This document shows positions 22,551-32,839 of a stretch of 64,000 nucleotides of DNA, one piece after another; position 1 is the first letter of the stretch; every line of letters starts with the position of its first letter. The notes beneath the pieces are model-generated. The model did not search any database. It was not told the origin of the DNA and saw only the letters and a list, made by a program, of their open reading frames with translations. The position numbers and the translations under genes were made by a program. Origin of the DNA: a plasmid; the sequence record NZ_LC532224.1. The stretch is one strand, 5' to 3'.

Positions 22551-25500
22551 TTACCATGACCGAAGTACATAGCGGCTCACACCTTCTGCTGGCTGTTGCC
22601 ACTCGCTATTCTCCGTTGACGGTCTGAGGCGCGTCGAGCCCCGGGAGATGTTTTTCATCGCCTGCTCAAGAGTGTCCATCCTGTAGGTTTTGATGTTCAC
22701 CCCTTCTTCAGAAATAGGCCCCAGCAGTTCCGTAACCTCACGCTCACCCTGATAAATATCGACCCACTGTGTAATATTCACCTTATCACCATTCGCATCA
22801 ATGCCACGTCGGTTAAAGTGGTCAATTTCAAACTCACACACGGTTACCGGTACCAGCCCCTCCGGGCGCGGATACCCGAGTATTTCATCAAAACCAGGTT
22901 CCCCTTCATCAGTGACCAGATCAGGCGTCAAATAGAGTTTTCCGTTACGGGAAAAATGCGCAACATGGCAGGACCACTGGTCATTTAACATCGTTGGCAT
23001 GCTTGTGAACATTCCTGAATACCACCGTCTGGCATTATCAACTGATTTGGTGACGAGGATTTCATCTGGTACTTCCCCGTTGTCCATGGTGTAAAAACTG
23101 AGAGACAGAGCGGTATTTCTGCGTGAAAGTAGCTTTTCTTTATTGACCTCTTTATTTTCAAATTTGGACAGGTATTCCTCAAGGAACAGCGCCTGCAACT
23201 CGGGTGTCGGCGCTTTCTGATAAAACCAGTCGGCCAGGTCTTTAGTGCCAATATAGATGAGGCTGGCTTTACCTTTTTCGCTCTTGACCGCAACAGGAGC
23301 CATTAGGCTTACTTGCTGTACGTACTCACTGGTTTCATTGATACTTTCATAGGCCTCAATCCACTGGCCAAGCAGATTGGTGTAAATCACCGGATCGTTC
23401 AGCTTTAAAAACTGCTTAAGAGCCTGAGCGCCACGGGAGCATGTATCAAAATAACGCTGCTTCTCTTCGAAGCTTTTGAAAGCAGTCTTTTTGCCCGACC
23501 ATGTGGCCACCAGCTGTTCATCTTCGAACAGGGTGTTTTCAGCTGGTAAGAAGTGTTTCATTTTCGCAAAACGTTGATGAGTGACGTTTAAGACATTTCG
23601 GGATGTAGCAAGTACCATTCGATGAACCCAGGCATGCCCTTCCATCCGGTTGTCGCATTCAAAATTTGCTGGTGCGGCATATGCAACAAGTTTCCCTGAA
23701 GCATTTACCGATAACCTGACCAGCTCATAGCCTTTGCTGCTAATAAAATTACGAACCCCGGGAAGATGTTTGAGCCCCACATCAGCGAGCATATAGAGCT
23801 GGTTCAGGAGCTCTTTGGAGCCCTTCTCTGTACTCATGGCAGCTTCCAGCGTCGCCCCCCTGTTATCAGCTCGCCAGGCTACAATGCATCGATCTATCAA
23901 CTCTGATCTCAGATTAGGCTGGCCAATATTTCCATCGGCCAGAGCCTGGCTCAGCATCTGCCGGTAAGGTTCTTCTGCCTCACGCTCGGCACGAATATAA
24001 TTTAAAGCCATCTTGAAGAAGCGAATGTAAAACAGGTGATTAGACCTGAATTTACGTCTGTGAATGTACCATTCGAGCTCCTCCGCTTTAATGGTATCCA
24101 TGCACAGGAAACCCAGTTCAGCATCATTCCTGCTGGACTCCTTAAATAAAGACAAATTCACCTTACAATTGAAATCTCGATCCGTTGAGTATCTGTTTAC
24201 TGTTGCGTTGACACAGATATCGTCTCCCTGACGGAATGCAATAACCGGCTCATAGTTTTTATGGGTTCTCCCAAGCCATTTATAGCCAGAGTAGCTGTTG
24301 TCTTCCTGAACTGCTCCTGGTGCTGTCACTGGGTTCATCAACGAATCCCAGTTGCACATTACCCGGGATCCGGACTGAAGGCATGAGTTTGCCTGTTCAA
24401 GATAACTTTGCAGAGACGGCCGTGTCTCAGCCATACCCAAAAGGCCAGAACCGTCTTTGTCGTGCAGAAATTGGAAGTACCGTTCCTGGAACTCAAGGCT
24501 CAGAAAACTGTAAGGGGTATTGGTATCATAGAAATCACCAAATAGTTTGAGCCGGTGATCGAGGCCGCAGATAAGGATCAGGAAACGACGGTAGTGAAGT
24601 GCCATAAGATCATGCTGCTTCAGTCGGTCGGTATAACTGACGTCCTCAAACTTTATGGTGCTGCCATCAATCCCCTGGAAATGTGCTTCCTGTTCGCTGG
24701 CGGAAGGGAATAGCTGCGAAGCCCCAAGATGGCTTTCTACCGAAGAGTAAACCTGATGAATATTTTGACCGTCCCGGACCAGAAGGAATACAACCCGGTT
24801 CCTGTCATTGCGGACATGATTTTCCCAGGGATCGCGGTAATCGATATAACGTCGTGTTGTGGCCATACATACGATGGAACGTTCGGACGGAAAAATCTGC
24901 TCCACCAGCCCGGGGCTGGTTCGTAAAGTTTCATGAAATTTTTCCATATCAGAGAAGTCGAACCAGCTATCGAGATCGCACCATACGGCCAGCTCTTCAT
25001 CCACCATCAGCTTTGCCTGAACGACCTGGAGCGGGAGGTGTGATGGAGCGGATTCACCCTTCACGATATTCACTACCTCAACGTCTTTGCCGGTATACAG
25101 TTCCAGACTGCCAACGCCATCGTGGATTTTCTTCACATATTCCATGGCTTCTTCTGTAGTGGCCAGACTTGCCGCTGCAACTTCCTCGAAATAGGGCAGC
25201 ATTCTTTTGCTGGCATTAGCGATTGCCTGCGTTCGTTGTGTGATGATTTTGCTGATGGCTGTGCTGATCTGCCCTTCTTTTAAGGCCGCTTCTCTGATTT
25301 GTTCAATGCGGGTATCTGAAATACCAGAGGACAGAGCATTTTGAACTGATCCAATCGCCAGTGAGGTTACCGCCTGCTGCTCTTGTGGGGGCACTAACGC
25401 AACGCTAAGGCCCGTCACAGGGTTTTCACGGTCATCTGTACCTAATTGCTCAATCGCAAGGTCACGGAACCCCTGAGCATCGCTCACGAGGGCTGTAAGC

Positions 25501-25886
25501 GATGCCTGTAGGCTATTCACTTCTTCCTGAGCTTGTCTGAGTTCAGCATCCCGGATTACCTTATGGTCGGGTTCAAATACAAAACTGGACAGAAAATCCT
25601 TAACCAGGAAGCGATGCTCTCGCATTTCTTTGCCACGTTCCCTACGGTTGCCGCTGCTGTCTTCAGTGACAATAGCTACAGTCTGACCGTAAACGCGGGG
25701 ATGGGCGCGTAGAATCACTGTGTGCAGCTTATCTTCAACGTAACGCAAAGACGTAATGAGCAGCGTATCCCCTGCCACAATACCCTCTTCAGGGATGCTG
25801 TCAGTGGACGTCCAGTACTGACCCGCCAGCAAAGAATGAAATCGCTCTAAACGGTCAATGTTATTTTTGCTGACCAGGTCACCCAT
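22551..25886 (-). CDS. large cytoplasmic protein of unknown function (1111 aa)
   Basis: Long uninterrupted ORF with good coding composition. No Walker, nuclease or other catalytic motif recognised by eye. Confidence 0.6.
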   Translation of the reverse strand: MGDLVSKNNIDRLERFHSLLAGQYWTSTDSIPEEGIVAGDTLLITSLRYVEDKLHTVILRAHPRVYGQTVAIVTEDSSGNRRERGKEMREHRFLVKDFLSSFVFEPDHKVIRDAELRQAQEEVNSLQASLTALVSDAQGFRDLAIEQLGTDDRENPVTGLSVALVPPQEQQAVTSLAIGSVQNALSSGISDTRIEQIREAALKEGQISTAISKIITQRTQAIANASKRMLPYFEEVAAASLATTEEAMEYVKKIHDGVGSLELYTGKDVEVVNIVKGESAPSHLPLQVVQAKLMVDEELAVWCDLDSWFDFSDMEKFHETLRTSPGLVEQIFPSERSIVCMATTRRYIDYRDPWENHVRNDRNRVVFLLVRDGQNIHQVYSSVESHLGASQLFPSASEQEAHFQGIDGSTIKFEDVSYTDRLKQHDLMALHYRRFLILICGLDHRLKLFGDFYDTNTPYSFLSLEFQERYFQFLHDKDGSGLLGMAETRPSLQSYLEQANSCLQSGSRVMCNWDSLMNPVTAPGAVQEDNSYSGYKWLGRTHKNYEPVIAFRQGDDICVNATVNRYSTDRDFNCKVNLSLFKESSRNDAELGFLCMDTIKAEELEWYIHRRKFRSNHLFYIRFFKMALNYIRAEREAEEPYRQMLSQALADGNIGQPNLRSELIDRCIVAWRADNRGATLEAAMSTEKGSKELLNQLYMLADVGLKHLPGVRNFISSKGYELVRLSVNASGKLVAYAAPANFECDNRMEGHAWVHRMVLATSRNVLNVTHQRFAKMKHFLPAENTLFEDEQLVATWSGKKTAFKSFEEKQRYFDTCSRGAQALKQFLKLNDPVIYTNLLGQWIEAYESINETSEYVQQVSLMAPVAVKSEKGKASLIYIGTKDLADWFYQKAPTPELQALFLEEYLSKFENKEVNKEKLLSRRNTALSLSFYTMDNGEVPDEILVTKSVDNARRWYSGMFTSMPTMLNDQWSCHVAHFSRNGKLYLTPDLVTDEGEPGFDEILGYPRPEGLVPVTVCEFEIDHFNRRGIDANGDKVNITQWVDIYQGEREVTELLGPISEEGVNIKTYRMDTLEQAMKNISRGSTRLRPSTENSEWQQPAEGVSRYVLRSW

Positions 25887-26108
25887 ATACCTTTCCTTCC
25901 AGATTCGTATGTTAGGTGAATCATACCAGATTGCACTTACCGTCTAATAACTCAAAAAACACCAACTTCGGCATTCACTAGAAATGAATCCGTCCACTAT
26001 TATTCATTAATTAAATAGATTCTTAGATATGAATAGCGCATTGCTTTTAAAGCAGGTTTCGCAAAGGGTTAAAAAAGGCTTCTTAAGTGAAGCCTTTAAT
26101 AATAAATG

Positions 26109-26462
26109 CTACTTATCTTCAGAGGGATACATTTCCCAGTATTTATTACGTACATTAACAAGGCAATGGTCTGCTGTTTCTGAAGCGCCTTTGTCGCGGT
26201 TTACAAAGGCTTCTGCAACTTCATCCAACTTATCCGGTACCGTATTTAATGGTAATGCCTGCTTCAGGTTGGTGGTTACCAGTTCCTTTGCTTTATCATG
26301 ATTAAGTTCAGTTCGGATGCTTGCATCTTTACAAATATCATCAACCTTACCATCAAGAATAATGTTTGGGATAGGTTCGTTTTCAACTTTATGTGTAGTA
26401 TTAGCAGAGGAGCCAAAAGCGACTGACATCATCGCACACAGCAGAATATTTTTTAATTTCAT
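26109..26462 (-). CDS. small secreted protein of unknown function
   Basis: 117-aa ORF with signal peptide MKLKNILLCAMMSVAFGSSA. Confidence 0.5.
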   Translation of the reverse strand: MKLKNILLCAMMSVAFGSSANTTHKVENEPIPNIILDGKVDDICKDASIRTELNHDKAKELVTTNLKQALPLNTVPDKLDEVAEAFVNRDKGASETADHCLVNVRNKYWEMYPSEDK

Positions 26463-26804
26463 AGTTCACTCCATTATGACTATTGATATCTACTTATGAA
26501 GTATTAGTTATATCATGTTTGCCGTCAAAACATAGAACCCACTGTTTTGACTTTAAACATATCATGCTACAACGTTTTTTTGCACGTGACTTTAGTAGGC
26601 ATGATTTATGAGGTTTCAGCAGGACGTCAGATTGTTGTCGATCCAGTATTGATGCAAGCCTACCGTCCATTTCTTCGATAAGGCCGAAAGTAAAAGCGCT
26701 AAACCACAGCAGTTACCAGGAGTAAAAATTCGTATGGGATCTGGAGAACCGACTTTAACACTCATAATGAACTCCAGAATGTTGCCATGGGTAATGACTC
26801 CAAC

Positions 26805-27308
26805 TTATTGATAGTGTTTTATGTTCAGATAATGCCCGATGACTTTGTCATGCAGCTCCACCGATTTTGAGAACGACAGCGACTTCCGTCCCAGCCGTGC
26901 CAGGTGCTGCCTCAGATTCAGGTTATGCCGCTCAATTCGCTGCGTATATCGCTTGCTGATTACGTGCAGCTTTCCCTTCAGGCGGGATTCATACAGCGGC
27001 CAGCCATCCGTCATCCATATCACCACGTCAAAGGGTGACAGCAGGCTCATAAGACGCCCCAGCGTCGCCATCGTGCGTTCACCGAATACGTGCGCAACAA
27101 CCGTCTTCCGGAGCCTGTCATACGCGTAAAACAGCCAGCGCTGGCGCGATTTAGCCCCGACGTATCCCCACTGTTCGTCCATTTCCGCGCAGACGATGAC
27201 GTCACTGCCCGGCTGTATGCGCGAGGTTACCGACTGCGGCCTGAGTTTTTTAAATGGCGGAAAATCGTGTTGAGGCCAACGCCCATAATGCGGGCGGTTG
27301 CCCGGCAT
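26805..27308 (-). CDS. insB: IS1 InsB (made as InsAB' by frameshift)
   Basis: [50 protein letters not shown]... matches InsB. Confidence 0.95.
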   Translation of the reverse strand: MPGNRPHYGRWPQHDFPPFKKLRPQSVTSRIQPGSDVIVCAEMDEQWGYVGAKSRQRWLFYAYDRLRKTVVAHVFGERTMATLGRLMSLLSPFDVVIWMTDGWPLYESRLKGKLHVISKRYTQRIERHNLNLRQHLARLGRKSLSFSKSVELHDKVIGHYLNIKHYQ

Positions 27309-27502
27309 CCAACGCCATTCATGGCCATATCAATGATTTTCTGGTGCGTACCGGGTTGAGAAGCGGTGTAAGTGAACTGCAGTTGCCATGTTTTACGGCA
27401 GTGAGAGCAGAGATAGCGCTGATGTCCGGCAGTGCTTTTGCCGTTACGCACCACCCCGTCAGTAGCTGAACAGGAGGGACAGCTGATAGAAACAGAAGCC
27501 AC
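27227..27502 (-). CDS. insA: IS1 InsA
   Basis: [43 protein letters not shown]... matches InsA. Confidence 0.95.
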   Translation of the reverse strand: MASVSISCPSCSATDGVVRNGKSTAGHQRYLCSHCRKTWQLQFTYTASQPGTHQKIIDMAMNGVGCRATARIMGVGLNTIFRHLKNSGRSR

Positions 27503-27558
27503 TGGAGCACCTCAAAAACACCATCATACACTAAATCAGTAAGTTGGCAGCATCACCT

Positions 27559-28371
27559 GAAATGACTACCCTGCTGTCGCCTGATGAGCGTACGGCAATG
27601 CGTCAGGGGGTCATCAGCCAGCGAACTGCATGGATACGTGAACAAGCGAAATACTACATCGAAGCAGGGATCCCTCTGGAGATTAAAGTGGTCTGGCATA
27701 ACCGACCCTTTGAAGCCATCATCCAGGAAGTCATCAGTGCCAGGCATGATCTGGTCCTCAAGATGGCGCACCAACACGACCGCCTCGAAGCCGTAATATT
27801 TACACCAACCGACTGGCATTTATTGCGTAAATGTCCAAGTCCGGTATGGATGGTGAAAGACCAGCCATGGCCTGAAGGGGGTAAAGCACTGGTTGCCGTA
27901 AACCTCGCCAGTGAAGAGGCTTATCACAACGCGCTCAATGAAAAACTGGTCAAAGAGACGCTACAGCTTGCAGAACAGGTTAACCATACCGAAGTGCATC
28001 TGGTTGGCGCCTACCCTGTCACACCAATCAACATCGCGATTGAACTGCCTGAATTTGATCCCAGCGTTTATAACGACGCAATCCGTGGACAGCATCTGCT
28101 GGCCATGAAGGCGCTACGCCAGAAATTCAGTATTGATGAGAAAGTGACGCACGTTGAAAAAGGCTTACCTGAAGAGGTCATTCCTGATTTAGCCGAGCAC
28201 TTGCAGGCGGGTATTGTGGTATTGGGGACCGTCGGACGTACCGGTATTTCTGCTGCGTTTCTTGGTAATACCGCGGAACAGGTTATCGATCATCTACGCT
28301 GTGACCTGCTGGTCATCAAGCCGGATGAATATCAGACGCCAGTTGAACTGGACGACGAAGAAGACGATTAA
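27559..28371 (+). pseudogene. uspE: universal stress protein E, 5'-truncated by IS1
   Basis: Product from [25 protein letters not shown] to the [21 protein letters not shown]-terminus matches enterobacterial UspE, minus about the first 40 codons. The apparent start codon lies inside the IS1 end. Confidence 0.85.
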
Positions 28372-28419
28372 CCACACAATGAAATGCCGGATGGCGATAT
28401 CATCCGGCATTTTAAACGC

Positions 28420-28680
28420 CTAGTGTTGCTCCTCACCGCCGAGGAAATAGATACCAAGCGGGATAGCCAACAGAATCGTAAACACCATGCTGTAGACACA
28501 AATCATTGCAGATTGAATGGCGTACATTGAAGCGGTCCAGTCGGATAGCGGAATGTCATACTGTTCAATAACGCCACCGATCGTCGCTCGCGTCACGACC
28601 GACGCTGCGATAATAAACACTCCAAGCAGGCACAACAGAAACTTCCGTCCCTTCGCTGTTTTCAGCTTAGCCATGATCAT
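28420..28680 (-). CDS. ynaJ: YnaJ-like small inner-membrane protein (DUF2534)
   Basis: 86-aa product MIMAKLKTAKGRKFLLCLLGVFIIAAS... Conserved chromosomal synteny uspE-ynaJ-ynaI. Confidence 0.8.
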   Translation of the reverse strand: MIMAKLKTAKGRKFLLCLLGVFIIAASVVTRATIGGVIEQYDIPLSDWTASMYAIQSAMICVYSMVFTILLAIPLGIYFLGGEEQH

Positions 28681-28924
28681 AGTACTGTCCTTTTGCAGAT
28701 GAAAACCTTGTTACTTTGCGCTAACAATACCATGACATCAACTGACTGTCTGCTACATAAACCGCATACAGGGTTGACGTCAGCGTTATTTCGCTGAGAA
28801 TAGCGCTGATTGCATTATTTATCTCTCCTTTTGATTAATGATCTGACCGCCTTAACTGAGTAAAATATCTGGGGATTAGGATGTCAGATGATATTTAGCT
28901 AACACGGAGTTGCCAGGAAGAATC

Positions 28925-29956
28925 ATGATCGCTGAACTGTTTATGAATAATGCGTTTAATTTGACGGTAATTCTTAGCTGCTGTGCCGCGCTGGTCCTGA
29001 TGAGCGTCTGGTATCATCGTGGGGAGCGTCGCTGCAAAGGATTCATATTTCATGCCGCACAATTTTTTGTCTATGCCATTATCATTGGGACGTTTGGCAG
29101 CATTGCTAATAACGTTATCGAAAGTTACAGCCTGAAATTTATCTCCCCCAGCGTGGTCGACTTTATCTGCACCTCGTTGATTGCGTTGATCCTGACCATC
29201 AAACTTTTTCTGGTGATTAATCAGTTTGAAAAGACGCAGATTAATAAAGGCAGAGATATCACCAGCGCGAGGATCCTGTCGCGTATCATCAAGATCACCA
29301 TCGTGGTTGCCATCATTTTACTGTATGGCGAACACTTCGGTATGAGCTTATCCGGCCTGTTAACCTTTGGCGGTATTGGCGGTATCGCAGTGGGTATGGC
29401 GGGGAAAGATATTCTGAGCAACTTTTTCTCAGGCATTATGCTCTATTTCGACAGACCGTTTAGCATAGGCGATTGGATCCGCTCCCCGGACCGCAATATT
29501 GAAGGCACGGTAGCAGAAATTGGCTGGCGAATGACTAAAATAAACACCTTCGACCATCGTCCGTTGTATGTGCCAAACTCGATTTTCTCCTCCATCAGCG
29601 TAGAAAACCCAGGGCGCATGACCAACCGGCGAATTAAAACGGTGATCGGGTTACGATATGAGGATGCCGATAAAGTCGGTGCCGTTGTCGAGTCGGTCAG
29701 AGAAATGCTGCAAAACCATCCAGGAATAGACCAGAAACAAACTCTGTTGGTCTATTTTAATGAATTTGCCGATTCATCGTTGAATATCATGGTGTATTGC
29801 TTCACGAAAACCACCGTCTGGAAGGATTGGCTCGCGGTACAGCAAGACGTTTATTTAAAGATTATCACGATAGTCCAGGCAAACGGTGCCGACTTTGCAT
29901 TCCCCAGCCAGACGCTGTATATGGATAATCCTGAAGCATCGCCATCGACACACTAA
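28925..29956 (+). CDS. ynaI: MscS-family low-conductance mechanosensitive channel YnaI
   Basis: Product [17 protein letters not shown]... includes the MscS beta-domain motifs. A rho-independent terminator follows directly. Confidence 0.85.
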   Translation: MIAELFMNNAFNLTVILSCCAALVLMSVWYHRGERRCKGFIFHAAQFFVYAIIIGTFGSIANNVIESYSLKFISPSVVDFICTSLIALILTIKLFLVINQFEKTQINKGRDITSARILSRIIKITIVVAIILLYGEHFGMSLSGLLTFGGIGGIAVGMAGKDILSNFFSGIMLYFDRPFSIGDWIRSPDRNIEGTVAEIGWRMTKINTFDHRPLYVPNSIFSSISVENPGRMTNRRIKTVIGLRYEDADKVGAVVESVREMLQNHPGIDQKQTLLVYFNEFADSSLNIMVYCFTKTTVWKDWLAVQQDVYLKIITIVQANGADFAFPSQTLYMDNPEASPSTH

Positions 29957-29962
29957 CAAAAG

Positions 29963-29991
29963 AAAAGACGCGGAAATCCGCGTCTTTTTTG
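29963..29991 (+). terminator. rho-independent terminator of ynaI
   Basis: AAAAGACGCGGAAATCCGCGTCTTTTTTG hairpin plus T-run. Confidence 0.8.
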
Positions 29992-30093
29992 TACTTATTT
30001 CAATGAAGCAATATCAATTACAAAGCGGTATTTCACATCGCTTTTCAACATCCGCTGCCAGGCACGATTAATATCCTGGGTAATGACTCCAAC

Positions 30094-30597
30094 TTATTGA
30101 TAGTGTTTTATGTTCAGATAATGCCCGATGACTTTGTCATGCAGCTCCACCGATTTTGAGAACGACAGCGACTTCCGTCCCAGCCGTGCCAGGTGCTGCC
30201 TCAGATTCAGGTTATGCCGCTCAATTCGCTGCGTATATCGCTTGCTGATTACGTGCAGCTTTCCCTTCAGGCGGGATTCATACAGCGGCCAGCCATCCGT
30301 CATCCATATCACCACGTCAAAGGGTGACAGCAGGCTCATAAGACGCCCCAGCGTCGCCATCGTGCGTTCACCGAATACGTGCGCAACAACCGTCTTCCGG
30401 AGCCTGTCATACGCGTAAAACAGCCAGCGCTGGCGCGATTTAGCCCCGACGTATCCCCACTGTTCGTCCATTTCCGCGCAGACGATGACGTCACTGCCCG
30501 GCTGTATGCGCGAGGTTACCGACTGCGGCCTGAGTTTTTTAAATGGCGGAAAATCGTGTTGAGGCCAACGCCCATAATGCGGGCGGTTGCCCGGCAT
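30094..30597 (-). CDS. insB: IS1 InsB
   Basis: Identical to 26805..27308. Confidence 0.95.
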   Translation of the reverse strand: MPGNRPHYGRWPQHDFPPFKKLRPQSVTSRIQPGSDVIVCAEMDEQWGYVGAKSRQRWLFYAYDRLRKTVVAHVFGERTMATLGRLMSLLSPFDVVIWMTDGWPLYESRLKGKLHVISKRYTQRIERHNLNLRQHLARLGRKSLSFSKSVELHDKVIGHYLNIKHYQ

Positions 30598-30791
30598 CCA
30601 ACGCCATTCATGGCCATATCAATGATTTTCTGGTGCGTACCGGGTTGAGAAGCGGTGTAAGTGAACTGCAGTTGCCATGTTTTACGGCAGTGAGAGCAGA
30701 GATAGCGCTGATGTCCGGCAGTGCTTTTGCCGTTACGCACCACCCCGTCAGTAGCTGAACAGGAGGGACAGCTGATAGAAACAGAAGCCAC
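30516..30791 (-). CDS. insA: IS1 InsA
   Basis: Identical to 27227..27502. Confidence 0.95.
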   Translation of the reverse strand: MASVSISCPSCSATDGVVRNGKSTAGHQRYLCSHCRKTWQLQFTYTASQPGTHQKIIDMAMNGVGCRATARIMGVGLNTIFRHLKNSGRSR

Positions 30792-31077
30792 TGGAGCACC
30801 TCAAAAACACCATCATACACTAAATCAGTAAGTTGGCAGCATCACCACCTCGCTGAACCTTGCCATATAAGCATCGTACTCAGCCTGGTCTTCAGGAGAT
30901 AAAAAATTTGGTGGGAGGAGCATCAGAATCCTTTCATCCTAGCTTGTATACCTTCTTCGTAGGCCAGCTCGCCATTATCGGTAAAAGATGGTTTTTGATG
31001 TTTATGATAAAGCTTAATTTTTCGTCAGGCTTGATAGCGTTACCGGAGAGATTTGATCTTTTCTCTTCAACTCGCAA

Positions 31078-31097
31078 TACTGTTTATACATACAGTA
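31078..31097 (+). promoter_or_regulatory. LexA (SOS) box upstream of the umuD-like gene
   Basis: TACTGTTTATACATACAGTA fits the consensus TACTG-N10-CAGTA. It lies 20 bp upstream of the ATG at 31117. Confidence 0.85.
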
Positions 31098-31116
31098 CAA
31101 GAATTCGAGTGTAGCT

Positions 31117-31551
31117 ATGTCTGTTATCCTTGAGCACATTAGCAACAAGCCTTACGAAATGGCACCTTTTTTCAGTGATTTACTAAGCTGTGGAGTGATG
31201 AGTCCGTGCGCCGGGCATGAAGATAATGAATTAAATTTGCATGAATATGTAGTCCGCAACCGCCCCTCAACCTTCTTTGTCAGGGCGGCGGGCCTCAGTA
31301 TGATCAATGCCGGTATCAATGATGGAGCAATACTGGTTGTGGATCGGTCTTTAACAGCACGACACGGCTCTATCGTCGTTGCGCTGGTGGATGGAGAGTT
31401 TACGGTAAAGATCTTACACACGTATCCTGAGCTGCTTTTGATGCCTTCTAATCCAGCCTATAAGCCGATACGTGTAAATCCTGAATCCCTTGAGATATGG
31501 GGCGTCGTCACCTTTGCACTGAATCAGTTCAGCCATGTACATGCACGTTGA
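31117..31551 (+). CDS. umuD: UmuD/MucA-like SOS mutagenesis protein (LexA-like S24 peptidase)
   Basis: Conserved ...AGLSMINAGINDGAILVVD... and ...VDGEFTVK... S24 core. Confidence 0.85.
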   Translation: MSVILEHISNKPYEMAPFFSDLLSCGVMSPCAGHEDNELNLHEYVVRNRPSTFFVRAAGLSMINAGINDGAILVVDRSLTARHGSIVVALVDGEFTVKILHTYPELLLMPSNPAYKPIRVNPESLEIWGVVTFALNQFSHVHAR

Positions 31552-32794
31552 TATTAACGGAGCCTATGCGGCATTTGAGTGTGCGATGGATCCCAAGCTG
31601 TCAAAAAAGCCGCTCATCATAGCCAGCAATAACGATTCGTCCGTCATTGCAATGAATAAACTGGCTAAAAGCGTTGGTATTAAGCGTGGGACCCCAATTT
31701 TTAAGTGCAGGGATTTGATTCAGCAACACCGGATCGAAGTCCGGAGCTCTAACTTTACTTTGTATGAAGACTACTCAAATCGCTTCCATGAAACGCTGGA
31801 AAGCTTCGCGCCTCAATCGAGTCGATATAGCATAGATGAAAATTTCATGTTATTGAAAAACATGAACAAGATAATAGATTATGAAGATTACGGCCGGTTG
31901 ATCAGAAGTACACTTCTTCATAATCTGTCCCTTACCTGTGGTGTGGGTTGTTCAAGCACCAAAACCCTCGCTAAATTATGCACCTATGCGAGCAAACGAT
32001 GGGCAGCTACAGGCGGGGTTGTAGTTTTGACTGATCAGGCCAGGATCAGGAAGCTCCTGAGCCTGATCAGTACCAGAGAAATATGGGGTATTGGTCGAAA
32101 GATTAGTGAACGCCTGTCGGCTTTCGGGATCATCACTGCCGGTGATTTTTATAATAGCGACGTTCGCTTTTTACGTAAAAGCTTTGGCGTTGAAATCGAG
32201 CGTACCTGGCGGGAACTGCATGGCGAACCATGTTTCCGGCTGCACGAGTCTCCTCCTGTCAGGCAACAGATTATCGTTTCCAGAAGTTTTGGTCAGCGCC
32301 TTAATGAGATAGGCAAGCTACATGAGGCAGTTTCATTTTTTACCGCCCGGGCGGCAGAGCAGCTGCGCAAGGATGGCTCGTGGACCCGTCAAATCACAGT
32401 CTTCATTCAGAGTAGCAATTATGCGCAAGGTGAAAACCGCTACAGCAATTGTGGTATCGAGCCGCTTACCGCTACACAGGACACCCGCGATCTGGTTGAT
32501 GCAGCCATGACCATCCTGAACCGCATTTACAGACCCGGGATAGCGTATGCGAAAGCAGGGGTAATGCTCTCCGCTATGACTGACGGCACAGAGCAACTCA
32601 GCCTGTTTGATACTCGCCCGGCCAGGCCTGGCAGTCAGGCACTGATGAAAGTTATGGACCGGTTCAATAAAGAAAAGCGCGGAGCTCTGTTTTTACTGGG
32701 GGAAGGCATTCAACAGGATTTTCGTATGAAGCAGGCCATGCTATCACCGAGATATACGACCCGCTGGGATGAATTACTCGTTGTAAAAGCGTAG
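31535..32794 (+). CDS. umuC: UmuC/MucB-like Y-family DNA polymerase V catalytic subunit
   Basis: N-terminal (V)DINGAYA(A)FE palm motif. Strong similarity to UmuC through ...SIDEAF... and the ...AMLSPRYTTRWDELLVVKA C-terminus. Overlaps umuD by 17 nt, as is typical. Confidence 0.9.
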   Translation: MYMHVDINGAYAAFECAMDPKLSKKPLIIASNNDSSVIAMNKLAKSVGIKRGTPIFKCRDLIQQHRIEVRSSNFTLYEDYSNRFHETLESFAPQSSRYSIDENFMLLKNMNKIIDYEDYGRLIRSTLLHNLSLTCGVGCSSTKTLAKLCTYASKRWAATGGVVVLTDQARIRKLLSLISTREIWGIGRKISERLSAFGIITAGDFYNSDVRFLRKSFGVEIERTWRELHGEPCFRLHESPPVRQQIIVSRSFGQRLNEIGKLHEAVSFFTARAAEQLRKDGSWTRQITVFIQSSNYAQGENRYSNCGIEPLTATQDTRDLVDAAMTILNRIYRPGIAYAKAGVMLSAMTDGTEQLSLFDTRPARPGSQALMKVMDRFNKEKRGALFLLGEGIQQDFRMKQAMLSPRYTTRWDELLVVKA

Positions 32795-32839
32795 CGGCCA
32801 TGACCGGCATGGCCGTACTCATCAAATGTGAAAGTAACT

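Larger units (their letters stand above)
26790..27558 (-). mobile_element. IS1 copy A
   Basis: Ends GGTAATGACTCCAACTTATTGAT ... TCAGTAAGTTGGCAGCATCACC. Contains insA and insB. Confidence 0.95.
30078..30846 (-). mobile_element. IS1 copy B (identical to copy A, direct orientation)
   Basis: Same termini and internal ORFs offset by exactly 3289 bp from copy A. Confidence 0.95.

Noticed and set aside
22351-22602. 83-aa ORF overlapping the junction of the 1111-aa gene and the 103-aa gene
   Set aside because: It overlaps both neighbours out of frame and is Arg/Cys-rich with poor coding character.
22551-25886. The 1111-aa protein as a relaxase, helicase or ATPase
   Set aside because: No Walker A/B, HUH, HD or helicase motifs could be found by eye. 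It is left as unknown.
26839-27469. Several plus-strand ORFs (96, 89 and 71 aa) inside IS1, with identical copies at 30128..30758
   Set aside because: They are antisense to insA/insB within IS1. These are composition artefacts, not genes.
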